A DNA stretch of 63,758 bases, counting the filler, from Reticulomyxa filosa (taxonomy: Eukaryota; Protista; Foraminifera), in NCBI GenBank assembly GCA_000512085.1. It is 15 parts of 15 records of this genome, joined end to end, with 100 filler letters (N's around TTAATTAATTAA, not from the genome) between each part and the next. Parts side by side here need not be neighbours in the genome. Positions count along the whole stretch, not along the records: positions 37,662 to 43,199 come from ASPP01008577.1; positions 43,300 to 46,297 come from ASPP01011509.1; positions 46,398 to 47,703 come from ASPP01006386.1; positions 47,804 to 51,754 come from ASPP01027420.1; 11 more parts are not named here. One strand, given 5' to 3'. Below the pieces are notes generated by a model that saw nothing but the letters and a program-made list of their open reading frames with translations, ran no database searches and was not told where the DNA came from. Positions 37,682-49,225 of the stretch are shown one piece after another. The position numbers were made by a program, and so were the translations under genes. Within the stretch, counting starts at the first letter, position 1; each line of letters opens with the position of its first letter.

Positions 37682-38956
37682 GATTATGGAAGTGGGCCCC
37701 GGAACGAACCCGAGAAGTGTGCGGCGTGCATCACATGAAAGCATACATATTTGACAACAAGTTGATAATCAGTGGTGCGAACCTGAATGACACGTACTTG
37801 ACGAATCGACAGGACCGATATATGGTCGTGGAAGACAAAATGCTGACTCAGCATGTGTTCGAAATGCTGAAAACGCTTTGGACCAATGTTACTACGTTGA
37901 AAAGAAACGGTGTGACGAGTCCACTTTGGAAAAGGACGACGACAAGTATACATTGTCAGTCCATTACCCTCAAGAAAAGACTAGCCACGAGGGAACAGTC
38001 GGACTCAAATTCAAACTTGCGTCCATGCCTTCCAAGTACCCTTGGCAATGGCTCCAACATGTTTCACAAAGCCTGCAGCCATGGACCCATCCGCAGCTGC
38101 AGTCTTTGAATAAAACAGACTCGTCGGAAGATAAGGATACGTGTGTGATTATGTCCACTCAACTGATGGATCGAATCACAAATGATAGTCAGTTGACATG
38201 CAGCTTGCTGTCGTTACCACATTATATATTCAATGACAATGACAAAGTTCAACCGTTGACTCAAACGATCACTAAAAAAATGGCCACTGCGTACTTTAAT
38301 ATCTTTGACAGATATCAGACCATTATGCTTGCCAAACACGATGAAGATAAACAAAACATTATGCCACGTGGAGAAAGAGAAGGAGGCATCCCCGAATGGC
38401 ATATCATCACTGCCAGTGAACAGTGCAACTCGTTTTATAAATCCCAAGGCTGGAGTGGATACGTCACTCCGCTCTATGAAATGTTCGCGCAAGACTTTGA
38501 ACGGCGGTTTAATCGTCGTCATTCCCACTCTTCGTCTTTGATCTTTCATCGATATTCCAGACCTCTATGGACCTTCCATGGCAAAGGCTTATGGGTCGAT
38601 TTTTCTTCTCATCTTCAAACCCATCGCAAAAATGAACCTTTTGCTTTGACCTTAATTGGGAGCTCCAATTTTGGTATTTGTGTGTGTGTGTGTGTGCGTA
38701 TGTGCTATCACATATTTAATTTGCATTTCTTTGATGTAAATGAACAGGGGAACGCTCGGTGAACAGAGACAGTGAACTGAATTTCACTATTATCACAAAA
38801 AACAAAGAACTAATACAAAGCTTTCATCAGGAGTGGGATCGTCTCGTTCAATACAGCGACAAACACGAAGAAAATCAGATCACAGATAACACAGGCACAA
38901 CCAAACCGCCATGTTGGCTGCGCGTTGCTTCTTTTTTCGTTCGGCGATGGATGTAG
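37682..38956 (+). CDS. PGS1: Phosphatidylglycerophosphate synthase (PLD superfamily), 5' truncated
   Basis: GVHHMKAYIFDNKLIISGANLNDTYLTNRQDRY and WTFHGKGLW..TLIGSSNFG|ERSVNRDSEL. 1-nt frameshift at ~37880; intron ~38674-38747. Confidence 0.9.
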
Positions 38957-39258
38957 TCACTCCTTTTCAAAATATCCAATCCCTCGTTATTGTTTTTGTT
39001 TTTTCGTTGTTTGCGCGTTTGTTGTCTGTTTCCAACTTTATTTTAAATTCACCTAGTCGAAATATTGCACCTCTCAAGAACAATACTTTTCATTCATCAC
39101 TTTGCAAAGTGGTTCTAAAATGTGGCCAAACTGTGTCGCTTCGCCAGCATTGAAACGATGAGCCCTTCAAAAAAAAAAATCTTGCTTATTTGTATAGTCA
39201 AGGAAAATTTATTTCGACCAATAGCTATAATAATTACAATTGATAAGAACTAATCCAA

Positions 39259-39927
39259 ATGGGGTGCAGCTGTTTTTCAATTTGCAAAATTTCAAGGCCA
39301 CAGGCAGTCATTCCGGACCAGACGGGCTGCAATCGTACCCCATCAGAATTTAAACAAAAGTCTCCATACTTTTTGCCCGAGTTGTCCAAATATTATGAAG
39401 AGCCACAAATAGAAATCGACATCAGACAAATACTAAATCAAGACACCAAAGAATTAACCATGTTTCACGAATTGATAAAAGCTTCTATTTTAACCGCCGA
39501 GAAATCACATCACAGTGAAGAAGAATTGGATGCTTTAATATATGATTTATATGGAGTGGAACATTTGTGTGAAAAGAGATGGAATAGGAATTGGTGCGCC
39601 TTTTATGGAGGATATTTGGACGGCGTTCTCATAGTCGCAGGATGTCTATGCAGTCTTGAAGAAGATCAATACTCTTCTTATCCCAACACATTGGAGGTAA
39701 TGGCATTGTTTGTCCATCCGATGTTTTTTCGAAAAAATCTGGGCTCAAAGATGCTGGCACATTTGGAAACACAAGCTAAACACAGCTCTACTGATCCAAA
39801 AACCTCGCAGCTGTATGTAGCATCAGCTTTGACTTCCATTGGCTTTTATGAAAAACATGGATTCAAAAGACAAGGTCTCAAACAATTTGACGAAGAAGTA
39901 TGTATGGAATTAACAAAAATTCTTTAG
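39259..39927 (+). CDS. GNAT acetyltransferase with a predicted N-terminal myristoylation/palmitoylation motif
   Basis: MGCSCFSIC start; ALFVHPMFFRKNLGSKMLAHLE (motif A); LYVASALTSIGFYEKHGF (motif B); intronless. Confidence 0.85.
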   Translation: MGCSCFSICKISRPQAVIPDQTGCNRTPSEFKQKSPYFLPELSKYYEEPQIEIDIRQILNQDTKELTMFHELIKASILTAEKSHHSEEELDALIYDLYGVEHLCEKRWNRNWCAFYGGYLDGVLIVAGCLCSLEEDQYSSYPNTLEVMALFVHPMFFRKNLGSKMLAHLETQAKHSSTDPKTSQLYVASALTSIGFYEKHGFKRQGLKQFDEEVCMELTKIL

Positions 39928-41725
39928 TTTGTTATTAGTTATAGTAAGTAATAATGCCAAAACAGTTTTCCTTTCGTTAATTTTTCAAATATAAAGTCTA
40001 CACATTTTGTTCGCGAAAGTTCGAGTATAATGTACAATCGATATTTAAAAAAATACTTTCAAAATGAGTACATACAGTCCTCAAAGGAGCCAGAGCAAAA
40101 AAAAAAAAAAATATATAAATTTTAAACTTATTCGAACATAGTACGAAATACTCTTGATTGTGCAAGAGTATACTTTAAATTATAATTCTCACTCCAAAAT
40201 AAGTCAATTTTAATTTCTTTCTAGGATGTTCTTTTTTAATGTGATAACAAACCTACTTGCAATCTACAAGACAATACAAAAAAAAAAAATTAAAATTATT
40301 GACTCTATAAAGACTAATTTAAAATACAATCTTCCTTATATTACACTGTATACATCAATCAAATTGTCAAAGTAAAAATCGTCATTGTACAAACGAAAAA
40401 ATTTTACTAACAAAACAAAATGAATAAATCGAAAAATGACACTGTTGTTCCACTTTATGAAAAATCGATTTTTCTCATGAAAAACAAACATTAATCCTAA
40501 ATTTTAGACACTTTATTATTTATTGTTTTTGGACCGTATTATTTTTAAATAGTTTTTAATTTTAAAAATATATGGTCAGCTACTCGTAGGGAACGGTAAT
40601 GATTAATTAAAAAGATATCATTATGTTTATTTTCGGCTTTTCTGTTTTTTCCATAATTTAGGATCTTTAATGTCATTTAGTTGATTAAAACAAAAAATTA
40701 AAATTATGATAAATCAACAAAAACAAACGCTCAAAAAAAATTATGCACTTAAAATAGCGCAAGTTTTACAAATTTAACAGAAAAAAAGAGCTTGAAAGAT
40801 ATGGCATGCGTTGCAAAAAAAAAAAACAAAATTTTAAAGTGGATCCCAAAAAACATTAAAAAAAATAAGTATATTAAAATCGTCAATCCATCTTACGACT
40901 TTAAAATATCTTTGAAATCATGCATTACTATCAAATTATTAGATGATGTTTTAAAGTAATTATGACTACAACAATATGTTTTTGTCAGTTGTGCAATAGA
41001 AAAAATTTAGTATAAAAACACTTCTTTCTGTTCGCATGACATCTGCTTTTGTTGAATGAGTGCAAGTGTTTAGTTCAATTGGGCACATTAAACAGACCAA
41101 ATTGTGATAAATAACAAAGTTTGTTGTCGCAAAAAAAAATACAAACGAAGTAATAACAGTACTCACAGTCATAGAAAAATTAGTTCTTTGTTTTTTGACT
41201 AGTATCGAGTACGTAATGAGCGCTTTTCATTGAATAGCTGCAACAATTATTTACATACATGAAGAACCCTACAACTGAAAGAAATTTAATTGGCGTCTAA
41301 ATTATAAAAGTGGTAATTCACGTATAATTTTTAATTTTGTTTATGAACAAATAAAACGGTAAGTTTATTAAAAATTGTACCTGTCACTGTCGATTTATTC
41401 AAAAACTTGTTCATTATCCGGATTTTGATTGCCCTTTTAATTCCGTAATTACTTTAATGATTATTGTATTTCTTGATTAGTGTTGCTATGTGGGGAGTCA
41501 AACGTTTTTGCAAAACAACAACAAAAATATGTAAATAGAACGATGACGGAACATTGATATGTATTAATGCGACAAGTCAAAATATTTTTAAAAAACTCCA
41601 AAAATCTGGACATCTTGTCAGATCAAAAGAAAAACACTGGTACACAAAAGTGAGCCGTCTTTAGAAAAAATTCTCTATTTTAGACTCAATTAAATTGTAT
41701 CGTAATTTAAAATCTTTTGAGGATA

Positions 41726-43150
41726 ATGTCGCTTGGAATTTCTCAAAGTGTACCACCGCCAGCATCTGGACGTGTTGTTAACTTATCATATGGAGGCAAC
41801 ACTCATGGGACTGGAAGTAGTTCTGGTTTCGTTCACAAAGCTACAAAATCAGACATGGGGCACCAAGTTGCGTCACCCAATATGATATTTTGAAAAAAAA
41901 AAAAAGGGTTGGATTTTTTTTTGTTCCCCTTCAAGCGTTGTCGTATTTTGTTAGAAAAAAGAGGAAGTACGTACACTTTTGTTTGAAGAGGAAAAAAAAA
42001 AAAGGGAGAAATATGTGTATGTGTGTGTGTGTGTGTGTGGGAGTGCAGTACTATAGAACAAATGGTAGTGAGAGAAATATAGCACCACAACAATCTAAGG
42101 AAAGAGCGGAATACTATGGGAATATGTCATTAATGAGTCCAAGTCAAGAAATGGCTCGTGTCATTGGATACTATTCTCCATCGCCATCAGCCTTTGAATC
42201 GACATGGCCAAATCCACCAATGTCACTTTCAAGCAAGAAGCAGCCGCACAGACAAGTGAAAAGTGGGAACGAAATGTATTTCAATGGAAGTATTTCAGCA
42301 GGAGTGGGCAATGGTACAAGCAGCAATAGTAATTCAATTTCAATGCTAGCATCGCAGCAACAACATCAACACCAACATCATCAACACCAACATCATCAAC
42401 AGCAACTTTATCCCCAAATGGGGACAGGACGTAACAAGAGAAGCAGTGGCCATCGCAATGTTGGTGGTACTGCTCCGACGACGACGACGACGACGACGGC
42501 AACAACAACAACGCCGCACATATATAATAGCGCGTCGAACATGAAATATGAGCAGTTTGTGACAGTGCCGACGGGACTAACGAATATGCACCCGTTCTCG
42601 GTGGTGCAACGACTCGGACCCATCGACACCACTGGCGTTAGCACAGGCGATGCGACGATTGCCATGCGGGATTCGATGTACGCCAATGGAATGACCCCGA
42701 TCTCTCCTTCACCGCCGACCATGAATACGACGACAGCAACAACAACAACAACAACAACAACAACGCTGACCAGCGATTCCAACGCACAATTGACCGGACC
42801 TCACGGACTGACCCCTTCAGGCAAGTCTCGCTTGTCTTCGTCGTCGATGAACACTCCATACACACAATTGATGGCGCCGCTAACGCATGTCATGCCGACC
42901 ACGTACGGGAACTTTGGATCGCAGACCAGCTACCCACGTGGCGCACGTAGTCCCCACAAACTGCAAATCCAAATGCAGTTGCCTCCGTCGTCGACGCTCC
43001 CATCGACTGCGACCAATATTGAATCACCGATTAATGTCAGCGACGCCAATGGTACGTATTTCGGACGACCTCCGGTGATCAAAGTGAAAAGTCCTCGATC
43101 CGTTCCTCGCGACGTGCAAACGCATCTGTCACAATTGACATTTACACAAA
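41726..43150 (+). CDS. N-terminal part of an intrinsically disordered Ser/Thr/Gln/His-rich protein
   Basis: ATG at 41726 (MSLGISQSVPPP..), a probable intron at ~41870-42048, and a long low-complexity exon with poly-T and QH repeats running towards the contig end. Confidence 0.6.
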
Positions 43151-43165
43151 TCAACAACAACAATC

Positions 43166-43199
<34 letters not shown>

Positions 43200-43342
43200 N
43201 NNNNNNNNNNNNNNNNNNNNNNNNNNNNNNNNNNNNNNNNNNNTTAATTAATTAANNNNNNNNNNNNNNNNNNNNNNNNNNNNNNNNNNNNNNNNNNNNT
43301 TTTTTTTTACGAAAAAAAAAATAAAAAAATATTGCTACATTA

Positions 43343-43569
43343 GATATTTAGAGTTAGTGGTTTCGTTCAAAGATGTAGAGAGCCAGGCTTATGCATTCCA
43401 CAATTTGGGAAGAGTTGTGGCAAAGACCAACAAGGACGATGCTGAGGACTTTTTTAGACAGGCAATCAAAGCTGCTCAATACATTGGTGACAAAGGCCTG
43501 GAAAACCAAGTGAAAATGAATTTAGCTATTACTGTTGCTAAAAACACGTTAACTCAAGAATTGAGCTAA
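43343..43569 (+). CDS. Last exon of a TPR-repeat protein (TTC29-like pattern)
   Basis: QAYAFHNLGRV..AEDFFRQAIKAAQYIGDKGLENQVKMNLA fits the TPR consensus. Confidence 0.6.
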
Positions 43570-43898
43570 TCAAATTGATATTGTCTTTTTAATTTTTATT
43601 TTTATTTTTACCTTGTTTCAAAAACTGTATTAGCAAAATGATTTGTGAAATTATTAATATATTATAACCAAATTCTCTTTTTTCAGTATTATAGACATTT
43701 TTTTATTTCTTTTTGCAATATTTGATCAAAATATCTTTAAAACATTTTTTAGAAAAGAAAGCCTCTTGATACCACAATTCAGCTTTTAATTAAATTTTAT
43801 TGCATTTAGTACTACTACAAATAAAAAACTCTAACAATGCTCATAATAGTCGCTAGGCGCTACACTGTTTTCTTTGCGTAATTGACACATTAAAGAGA

Positions 43899-44791
43899 AT
43901 GAAACCCAGCACAAATAAGCAGGAGGAAAAAAATATATCAGACAAAATACTCACACAATATTGCACATATGAGGATTATCTAGACGAGCAAGTCACCGAA
44001 AAGGATTTGTATTATCTTCAGGTTGGCTTTGTTGTGTTTTTCTTGACATAATTTTGAGTATCAAAACAAAATTTTGAAAAGATAATTAGGATACTGAGCT
44101 AGTAAGAAAATTGGTGGAGTTAGGATATCGTGGGAATGGTGATACATTGTCCAGAAAAGAATTTGAAAAAAAAAAAAGGGAGCTAGCAGAACAAAGTAAA
44201 CCAATTTTTCAAATTCAAAAACTGCTATCCTCTGCTGGTCAAGATCTCACAAATAATATATTTTTACAAGAATTAGCAAAAAGAGAAGAAGCTGTAAGAA
44301 GTGGAAAACTAACAACAATCATTTTTTTGAGATGTTTTAACAAAAAAAGTCAAGAAATTAGTGGATATATTGACTATGGCCATCGATTGCAAATGGAAGA
44401 TTTCGTGCCATATTTTGAAAGGAAAAAAAAACTTCGTCCGAAACCCTCAGATTTATCTTATTACAACTGGGAAACCCAAGTTGTGAATTCCAATGATAGT
44501 CTCAATTTTCAAGTTATTTCAGATTTTACTTCTTTCACTAACGTAGATAAAATTACTACAGAATCATGTGGCATCGAGCCTACTGAGAGTGAAAACAAAA
44601 AAGCTTCTAAGTTTTCTGTAGTAAATAATTGTACAATTGGTCTACAATTTAAAAACAAAACAGACCGCAAAACTATAAATGTAGATCCATCTTGTAAATC
44701 AGTTGGAGATAACTCCTTCAGATACCAAATTGAATCAACAGATTATTTACAAATTGTCATATTCGATCACTCAACAAGAAGAATGACATAA
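43899..44791 (+). CDS. CFAP299: Cilia- and flagella-associated protein 299 (C4orf22/DUF4464)
   Basis: TYEDYLD..DLYYLQ|DTELVRKLVELGYRG (intron 44022-44089), LAKREEAVRSGKLTTIIF, QEISGYIDY, DLSYYNW, FKNKTDRKTINVDP, IFDH. Confidence 0.9.
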
Positions 44792-45006
44792 CAATAATTT
44801 CATTTAAGATTTTTAATAATTATTTAAACAAAAAATAAAAGCAAAACAAATTCTCCTGCTTGGGGAAATTGTTAAGTTTGCATACTGTTCATTTTATCAT
44901 CGTGATTTTTCAAAATTGTCATTTTTGCATTAACTTGAATTGTCTAAAAAATTATTCAATATGAAATTCAATAGGAATTATTTTTTTAGTTTCTTGTGCA
45001 TTGAGC

Positions 45007-46256
45007 CTAACAGGAGTCCAAAAAATGTATTGCAAATAAACTTATATCACTTAATATCCATCGGCCATTCCATGTTACACAAATAGCAGACTCATTGAAA
45101 TGACCTGACCATATTTCATGTAAATATGAAGCAATATCTGATGATTCCATCTTTGCAATCTTTTCAACACGTTCACGAATCAGTTGTACACGATTCATAT
45201 AAAAAAATGGAGTATTTAAATCTAAAGGAGATGATTGGAAAGGTTGTTGAAAAACAAAAGGGATATTATCGTTATATATTACATTCCACATAAATAATCC
45301 GAATATCATGCGATACAAACTACCTTCACTTTTTTTTTTCAAATAAATTAAATAAAAATAATTATTATTATTATTAATAAAAGATATAGCATTATTTACA
45401 TACCAATGTATGCCACACCATTGTCCATTTTCAACTTGCGAAAAATGTTCTAAGATAATTTCCTTTAAAAAATATAAGCATTTTCGGACGTGTGAATGAT
45501 TATTTTGTATAATTATTTTTTGTAATGTGTTGTTAATTTTTTTTTTTTTTAATTAACTTCAACCGTCAACACTTCATTATTGATACCATAAAAATGGGAT
45601 TTCTGTCCTGTTCGTTTAGTTATTGCATTACCTTCCACAACGATAGTTCTGATGTTGGTGGCCATCATCATAACATCATCACTTGTCGAAATTGTAGATA
45701 GCCCACGCAGAGGTTCGGACAAATTGATCTTGGTTTTTTTTTTTTTTTGGGATTGATCAATCTTTTTATATAACTTATTATAACGTTTCATCAATTCCAT
45801 GCGTTCACCAACATTTACAAACTTGTCACCAAGTCCCTCCTAATGGAAAAAAGGAAGGATAATATTGTAAAAAATAAAAAAATAAAAAAAAACGTATAAA
45901 TCAAACTTGACACCATCGGAAGCATTCATCATACAACTGCAAGTGATAATCCAAAATGAGAGCACAGCGTACGTACCATTTCCCTCGTTTGTAAGAACAA
46001 GGACAGTTTTGTAATAGCAATTTATAGATCTCTCGACAAGCGTCAAATTGTTTCATATCTTCCAATAATTTGACTCCCAAGTTTAATAGCTTACACCACA
46101 CATGCTTTTCACGGAAGATAGAAATAAATCCCAATGCATCGTTGTTTTCATTATTATTCAATATTATATTTTTGCAACAGGAATCATTGTTGATATTATT
46201 ACCTTGATCCGATTCTATTAACAACTCTATCAAAGTAAGAGTCATATCAATCATAA
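45007..46256 (-). CDS. FAN1: FAN1-like protein (TPR region and start of the nuclease region), apparently lacking the VRR-NUC catalytic core
   Basis: KRGKWYVRCALILDYHL, LTVE|EIILEHF, WCGIH|EGSLYRMIFGLFMWNVIY..IPFVFQQPFQSSPLDL..FYMNR. No PD-(D/E)xK motif is found before the convergent CFAP299 gene. Confidence 0.8.
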
Positions 46257-46397
46257 CGTATACATATTTATTTATTTATTTATTTTTTTTTTTTTTTNNN
46301 NNNNNNNNNNNNNNNNNNNNNNNNNNNNNNNNNNNNNNNNNTTAATTAATTAANNNNNNNNNNNNNNNNNNNNNNNNNNNNNNNNNNNNNNNNNNNN

Positions 46398-46435
<38 letters not shown>

Positions 46436-46449
46436 TGTTCAATTATTCT

Positions 46450-47650
46450 TTTCTCCGCCACCTTTTCCTCGTTGGAAGACATAATGGTAGAACCAGACTC
46501 GAGCACTTTGACTACTATCTGTTGCAAGTCCCTTAGCAGTACCATCGAATCGGTGTTGCGTTGAGACAGTATTGTCATTCGTGTGCTCAGCTGTCGCAAT
46601 TTCTTGCCAAGACTGTCGTTTTTGTGCTTTAGCACTTTCATGTCGGCCTCGGTTGGGTCTGTTCCCATTTCTATTTTCGTCTTTTTAATTTCGTGAATTG
46701 TGTTACTCGAGTTTCGCTCTGCTTTCTGTTGTCTCTGCCATTATATATACATATACACATATATACATATATACATATATATGTGTATATTATTCATTTG
46801 TTAAATTGTTATGAGTAAACCAAAAAAAAAAAAAAAAAAAAAATTGAAATACAAAACTAACCAAAATGGAAATATCCGGGACTACTTTCTCTTGTGCCAA
46901 GTGTTTCAACTGGGCAGCAGTGGCGGTTTCTAAGGATTTCATATGGAATTGTAATCCGTCCATTTTGAGTTCCATCGTTTTCACAGTTTTCTTGAGTTCC
47001 AAAAGCTCTTTCCATTTGTCATTCTTTGTGGTTTCGTGTTCTTCCAGAACGGGCTTGAATCTCTATTTGTGTTGTTGTTGTTTTTCTTCAAATGAAAAGA
47101 AAGAAGAGTATTAAGTGATACAACAGTACAATTACAAAACGACACATTTACTGGCTCGCGGCTGTGACACACTGTAATCTTTGAGTGTGAGCACATCTGT
47201 GTGCGGTTGTGCAGAGTTGGAAGAATAGATATCATGCAAGCCTGTCTTGCCTGGATGTCCTCGTGTTTGTGGCGATTGGAACATGGTCGAGCTATGAAAA
47301 CTTCAGTTCAATCGTCGTAAGTAGCTTACAAACAGAGAAAGAAGGGAGGAGGATGAATATGCAAAAAAATATAACTTTTTTTACCTATTGTTTCGGGTTC
47401 GTCGTTGAGAAGACGGAGAGTCTGTGTCAACTTGCGTATTGTGAACTGGGGGTTTGTTTCCATAGTAATACTTTTGATCCTTTGTGTCATCGTCGTCATA
47501 GTTGCCGTCACGCGAGCGTTCTTCATTGCTCTCTTCTTGTTCAGGCACTGAAGGAGATATCTGTATTTGATCACTGAGATAAGGTTTATCCACAGGTTGC
47601 AGAAGTGATGTTGATTTCTTTGATTTTGTACCTTCTCTCGCTTCTGCAGC
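46450..47650 (-). CDS. Internal exons of a coiled-coil hypothetical protein
   Basis: Several minus-strand exon-like ORFs with heptad patterns (ELKKTVKTMELKMDGL, LGKKLRQLSTRMTIL) separated by A/T-tract introns. Confidence 0.5.
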
Positions 47651-47669
47651 AATTTGTTTATTTATTTCT

Positions 47670-47703
<34 letters not shown>

Positions 47704-49225
47704 NNNNNNNNNNNNNNNNNNNNNNNNNNNNNNNNNNNNNNNNNNNNTTAATTAATTAANNNNNNNNNNNNNNNNNNNNNNNNNNNNNNNNNNNNNNNNN
47801 NNNCGCACAATTCAAGAAGATAATAAGTGTTAAGTTAAGTTCTTGATAGTATCAACCGAAATATATCGTGATCTTTAACCTGATTCAAAGATTAAAACAC
47901 GATATATCTTGAAGATCAAGAGAAACTGCAGCTGATAGTACTACGATATATTGTGATATTAATTGGAAAATTTATTTATTTTTTTTTTTAATAAAAAATA
48001 AATAAAAAAAAATAAAAAAAAATAAATAAAATAAAAAATAAAAATAAATAAATGAATATTATTAATAAACAACATCTTTTTCCTTAATGTTTTATTTTGT
48101 AGTGCATACGCAATAAATATCTCAATGAGTTTTTGTGAAAATATTATTTACAAAATCAAGAAGTAGACATAAAACTGTAGCGTAAGTTACATCATATAAA
48201 TCATAACTGACTCCAAAGTTAGTCAAACAACTTCTACTTTCTTTTTAACAATCTCTATTTCGGTATCAGATGGAGTTGATAAAAAAAATGATATGAACAT
48301 ACGAAATCAATTGCTAAAGTTTAGATGGGCGAGCAGCAAAAAGAATTGTATTGTTAAACGAAATAGTTTATGTATGTAAATAGAGACAACATATTTTTGG
48401 ATGTTATCATGACACGTTCGCAGAATGTAGAAGATATATAGCATCACGAACATAGTGCATCTATTATTTAAATATATGATATATACATATCGGAAATAAT
48501 GCAATTTCCGTCATATTTTAATGAAGTAATAAAGAAATTCTATTACTATGCATAATGCAAAATTTGCAACTGAATTAGATTATGCTTCATGTGCATTAAA
48601 TATCTATGTTTGAATATATGAACGACGTTAATGTATACATTGACTATATATTAATTAAATGAAAATTTAAAGGAGTTTTATATCAACTAATCTAGTATTT
48701 TTCCACTAGCCTTAATTAGGCTCAACCGCTTACTTAAATGAACTTAACACATTTTTTGCAGTAATTTTGTGTTAGTTTAGGCGATATTGCGTTTCAATCA
48801 AAAAAAATACTTTATAATTGGAATTGAACTTGCAAAATGTTTTTATAATTTTCAAAGTGTAGTAGATTGATATTTTTGTTTTTTTAAAGAGTTAATTCAA
48901 AACCTTAAGAATTTGTACACGTTTTAAAAAATTCTGAATAAAGCTTAATTTTTTGTTGGGAAAACTGACATTTTCTAAATCGTTATTTTAAGCCATTTTT
49001 CCAACGATAGTACCTGTGAAAATTGAGAAATGGGTCATTTCGCAAAAATGTGGAGAAGCAAAAGATCGTCCAATGAAAAGAAAAAAAAGTGAACGTTTAC
49101 AAACGTTTTCTTATTAACTGCACAAGATGAGTTTATCATTCACCGAGTTTGAAATTAATTCATGAGGATGGCGATATTTGTACAAGGCATATTCAACGTG
49201 TTATTTTGTAAAACTGTTCGAGAGC

